A stretch of DNA of 64,000 nt from Antedon mediterranea (lineage: Eukaryota; Animalia; Echinodermata), in contig NC_092676.1 of assembly GCF_964355755.1 (NCBI RefSeq), positions 26,058,871 to 26,122,870 of the forward strand, given 5' to 3'. Position numbers and translations under genes: made by a program. Shown here in pieces: positions 60,576-64,000 of the stretch (positions are counted from its first letter, which is position 1; the number at the start of each line of letters is the position of its first letter). The notes below the pieces were generated by a model, which was not told the DNA's origin, did no database searches, and saw only the letters and a list, made by a program, of their open reading frames with translations.

Positions 60576-63418
60576 TTATACAAAAAAAATAAATTGATTA
60601 CGAAGTTACATGTCATTTTCACCTATCACCAAAAAACTAACCTTTTCAACACTAATTAATTGTTACGAAGCCAATTTATATTATATATTTCATTAAAACT
60701 GAACTGTAAATGAAGAGTAAGTATCAGTTAATATGAATAATATAACTAGTAGGTCTATGAACTTGCGTCCAGACACAGAACTGTGACATTACTATCATAA
60801 ATGTTGAAACCACTTATAAACCTTTTTTTAAAGAAAATATAATTGTGTTAGGAGAAGGCTAATAAACAAATAGATAATGTACAAACCTTTTTCTGGATTA
60901 ACTAATGGAGCAGGCGTTCCTAATAATCTGCTACTGCTACCTAGACTGATTGTTCACCTTCTGACGATAATTGATTGGACCCCCCCCCCCCCATGGCATC
61001 TGATAACCAACAAAAAAATTTACCAGGACTGTTTCAATGATTTAATATCTGACGGCGTATTATTATAACATTGGCCTAGATTGACAGTCAAAAGAAAGTC
61101 ATCGTAAATACCTCCCTTTATGTTGACAGAGCCAAAATAAAGTTTTGACCATTATCGAAAGATTATTTGACAGTGACTTATTATAATACCGGCCTGGTTG
61201 ACAGCAAAAACGAAGTTATTATTTATTGAACAAGATTTTACAGATTTCCGTCTACATCTCAATAATACTGTATTATCAGCAAAGGCTTTCATATAGACTC
61301 TCTTCTTCCAGACGTTTTTTGGGTCCAGCAGCTACCTATAAATTATAGTCGAGTTTCCAAATTCACAAAACTGTCAGCCTTAGATACTAAAGCTACCGCT
61401 ATGAAACAGCTTATTAATGAATGTGTCCTCCTGGGACATAGCTGGCTAGAGCCGCGGCGCGAAAAGTATTCATCCAAAACTATACAAATTGGAGTGAAGT
61501 TGTAGTTTGATGGTAAAGATGCTACAATGCTATAATACTGGGTTTAAATCCTATAATTTTTAAAAACCCCAATTGATTCCGTTCTCGATTGTCAAAAAAT
61601 TTTTCCAAAACAGTCTCCGCGGAACACTTTTTCGTTGCAATGTGATCGTGGTCTCAACTTGACCTCACCTCAGGTCACTGAATGGGATGACCATCTGATT
61701 ACTCTGTGTGGATAATAATGACATCATTACACAACCAACTACGATTACCAAATGAGAAACCGGTTGAGTAAACATGATTTCACTAAAAACCGGTTTTCAA
61801 TAAAGCGTTTTTTTGTATCTTTTCTATACTAAACAGGCCCATACAAGTATAGTATCTTGTGTATAGGATTCAAGACGTTTTATTAGTCCACTTTAAAATG
61901 GACATTCATTTTGCTTGGCATAATTAAGACAATAAAACAACAAAGAAAAATACATAAAATACTATTTATAGGCCTATGTTAAAATACTGTTAAAAAAAAT
62001 ATTAAAAATGAAGATTGCAAAAAACATCATAGGCCATGTAAAATACAACTTTTAAAAAAGATAGTGAATGAATTTGATTGTCCTTGGTAATTTGCCTAAA
62101 TATATAAAAAAAAAAAAAAACTACACATTAATTGTGTTTATAGCAACAGTCCCTTGAATTTTATGGCTCCTATTTAATATTACAATGATGCAGTGCATAT
62201 GTGTAGTCAATAAATATTGAACAACAAAGAACACCTTGTTCTGTGAACTCATTCTCACACATAGGCACAAATAAAAATATATTTTCAAACTTTCCATCCA
62301 AGGACATATAGCTAAAGTGTTGATCGTGTAATAGCTACAGTATAAAACCTTCCTTTATTTTGCAGAGTTGAATCTATAACCATTCCGACTTTTAAGACCA
62401 AATATGCATAGACGAGCAGTAAAAGTAAGCAGAAACCGCATAGTTTGTCCCACATAGAATCTGTATCTATCCTTTTGCACAGATTAGAACCTTCCACCTG
62501 ACTTTTAAGTTGGAATAATAGCTGAAACAAACAAGTGGAATTGTACATAGCAGCAGGAAAATCCCTACCCAAAATAATATTACAGTACCAAGATACTATA
62601 CTGTATTTTCACTTGGAACATACTAATTAATTTTCAAAGACCTTTTAACAAATATGTACCACCATGTAATAACAACATATATAATATTAATTTTCATAGG
62701 TTATTTGACCCTAAAAAAAGTCCTCTAAAATTATATATAAAAAAATAATCCATGAAAAAATTAACAAAGACATGCAAAGTGTACTTTGCAGATTTCAAGT
62801 ACAACACAACTTTTAGTGCTATAATGCTGTTACAACAGGAAGAATAGCAACATCCGCAATTCACTGAAACCTACCATTGACACTCACAAAAGACACTTGA
62901 CCTTTGCTAAAAAAAAGTTTAAAAAATACAGTGCATATGAATAGGTTTTAAACATTAAAAAAGTTGGTTGTAAAAACTGAACTTGCTATATAAGGCCTGC
63001 CTTTATATTTTGTATGGTATTTTTTTATATTTTGTAATTTCTTTTTTTATATCCGACAAGGCATTCAAATAATTCACTGTTTGTTCTGTATTTATGTGGA
63101 AGTCTTCATTCATTCATTTGCTTTTAGTATTTCGGCTTTCCCAATTTATCTTCGAAATTAATGATCTTCCGTTGCATATTATAATTAATTTCTTAATGTT
63201 TCTATCTTCTAGAAGGAGTGGCACAAAAATAAATAGGAAATTATATATAAATACATGCTGTATGTATTAATGCACTTTAACATACTAAGGATTGCAGCGT
63301 GTGAATATTTAATTTATGCTGTGTATTATGAAATGTTTAAGTCAGAGTTGAAGAGATTATCCACTTCTAGTGTGAACGCAACCTATGATCAAGATGTACT
63401 GTGTGTTTGGATGTTGTA

Positions 63419-63760
63419 TTTTTTTTTTTTTTTTTTGTATATTAATATTTTGTCCTCAGTGAGGAAATTCGGATTAGGCCCTCCACGGACCCACGGCAGC
63501 CAGCAGTGCAGCGCCTACCAGATTAGGCAATGAGAGTAAAGCATCTTGCCTAAGGATGCAATTAGTATGGTACAGATAACCTCGAACCCATGCCTATCAC
63601 ATGCTAGTCAGATATTACCATTACACCATCACTCTCCAGTATATACAGCACCCGCCACAATTTCTAGACGGTCTCCCATCCAGAACGCAACCGGGCCCAA
63701 CGTTGCTTAACTTCGGTGATCTGACAAGAACCGGTGTTTCAACGCAGTATGGCCGTAGTT
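63419..63760 (-). mobile_element. Chimeric SINE: 5S rRNA-derived head + tRNA-like segment + core + LINE-like tail + poly-A
   Basis: On the minus strand: 5S-like 63760-63644, tRNA-like 63637-63568 (TGGTGTAATGG...GGTTCGAG), core-like TCCTTAGGCAAGATGCTTTAC, tail GAATTTCCTCACTGAGGACAAAATA, and an A tract at about 63419-63436. Confidence 0.7.
63644..63760 (-). pseudogene. 5S rRNA-derived sequence (SINE3-type head or 5S pseudogene)
   Basis: CTACGGCCATACTGCGTTGAAACACCGGTTCTTGTCAGATCACCGAAGTTAAGCAACGTTGGGCCCGGTT...GGATGGGAGACCG...GGGTGCTGTA is clearly invertebrate 5S-like, but has indels and no T-run terminator. Confidence 0.8.
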
Positions 63761-64000
63761 TCCCACTTCTTATGTGAACACAATCTATGATCAAGATCTA
63801 CTGTAGATTTTGGTGTTGTTTCTCACTTTCAATGTGAACACAACTTTTGATCAAGATGTACTGTAGGTTTGGGATGTGTTTCTCACTTGCTTCTAGTGTG
63901 AACAAAACCTATGATCAAGATGTACTGTAGGTTTGGGATGTGTTTCCCACTTTCAATGTGAACACAACCTATGATCAAGATGTACTGTAGGTTTGGGATG

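Larger units (their letters stand above)
63358..64000. repeat. About 60-bp tandem satellite (TTCCCACTTCTAGTGTGAACACAACCTATGATCAAGATGTACTGTAGGTTTGGGATGTG), interrupted by the 5S SINE; runs off the window
   Basis: One unit at about 63358-63418 and four more at 63760-64000. Confidence 0.9.

Noticed and set aside
63644-63760. Functional 5S rRNA gene
   Set aside because: It has indels near both ends, no oligo-T terminator, is a single copy, and is fused to a SINE-like body with poly-A.
54652-64000. AHR bHLH exon (expected SNPSKRHR-like motif)
   Set aside because: Not found by eye on the minus strand; it probably lies beyond the window end.

Overview
AT-rich, intron-rich animal genomic DNA, probably an invertebrate. 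It is not prokaryotic, so the ORF track shows only exon fragments. Splicing by hand gives three protein-coding genes. (1) A complete fused eukaryotic NADH-glutamate synthase (GLT1/GOGAT) on the minus strand: 37 coding exons, 350-22054, about 2097 aa, one GC-AG intron. (2) A divergently transcribed, two-coding-exon uncharacterised gene (23309-24953, +, 279 aa). (3) An aryl hydrocarbon receptor-like bHLH-PAS gene on the minus strand: 13 exons found, 30742-54651, with a very long Q/N/G/M-rich repetitive C-terminus; its bHLH exons were not found and presumably lie beyond the window. The introns are full of repeats: PIF/Harbinger- and hAT-type MITEs, Deu/Nin-core SINEs with differing tails, LINE remnants and a 3.85-kb CCAAT minisatellite. 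The most notable structures are three Helentron/DINE-1-like elements nested inside one another (49476-54283), a Penelope-type repeat carrying a minimal hammerhead ribozyme core (intact at about 59800), and a chimeric 5S rRNA + tRNA-headed SINE inserted into a 60-bp satellite. All family assignments come from motif recognition by eye; no database search was run.
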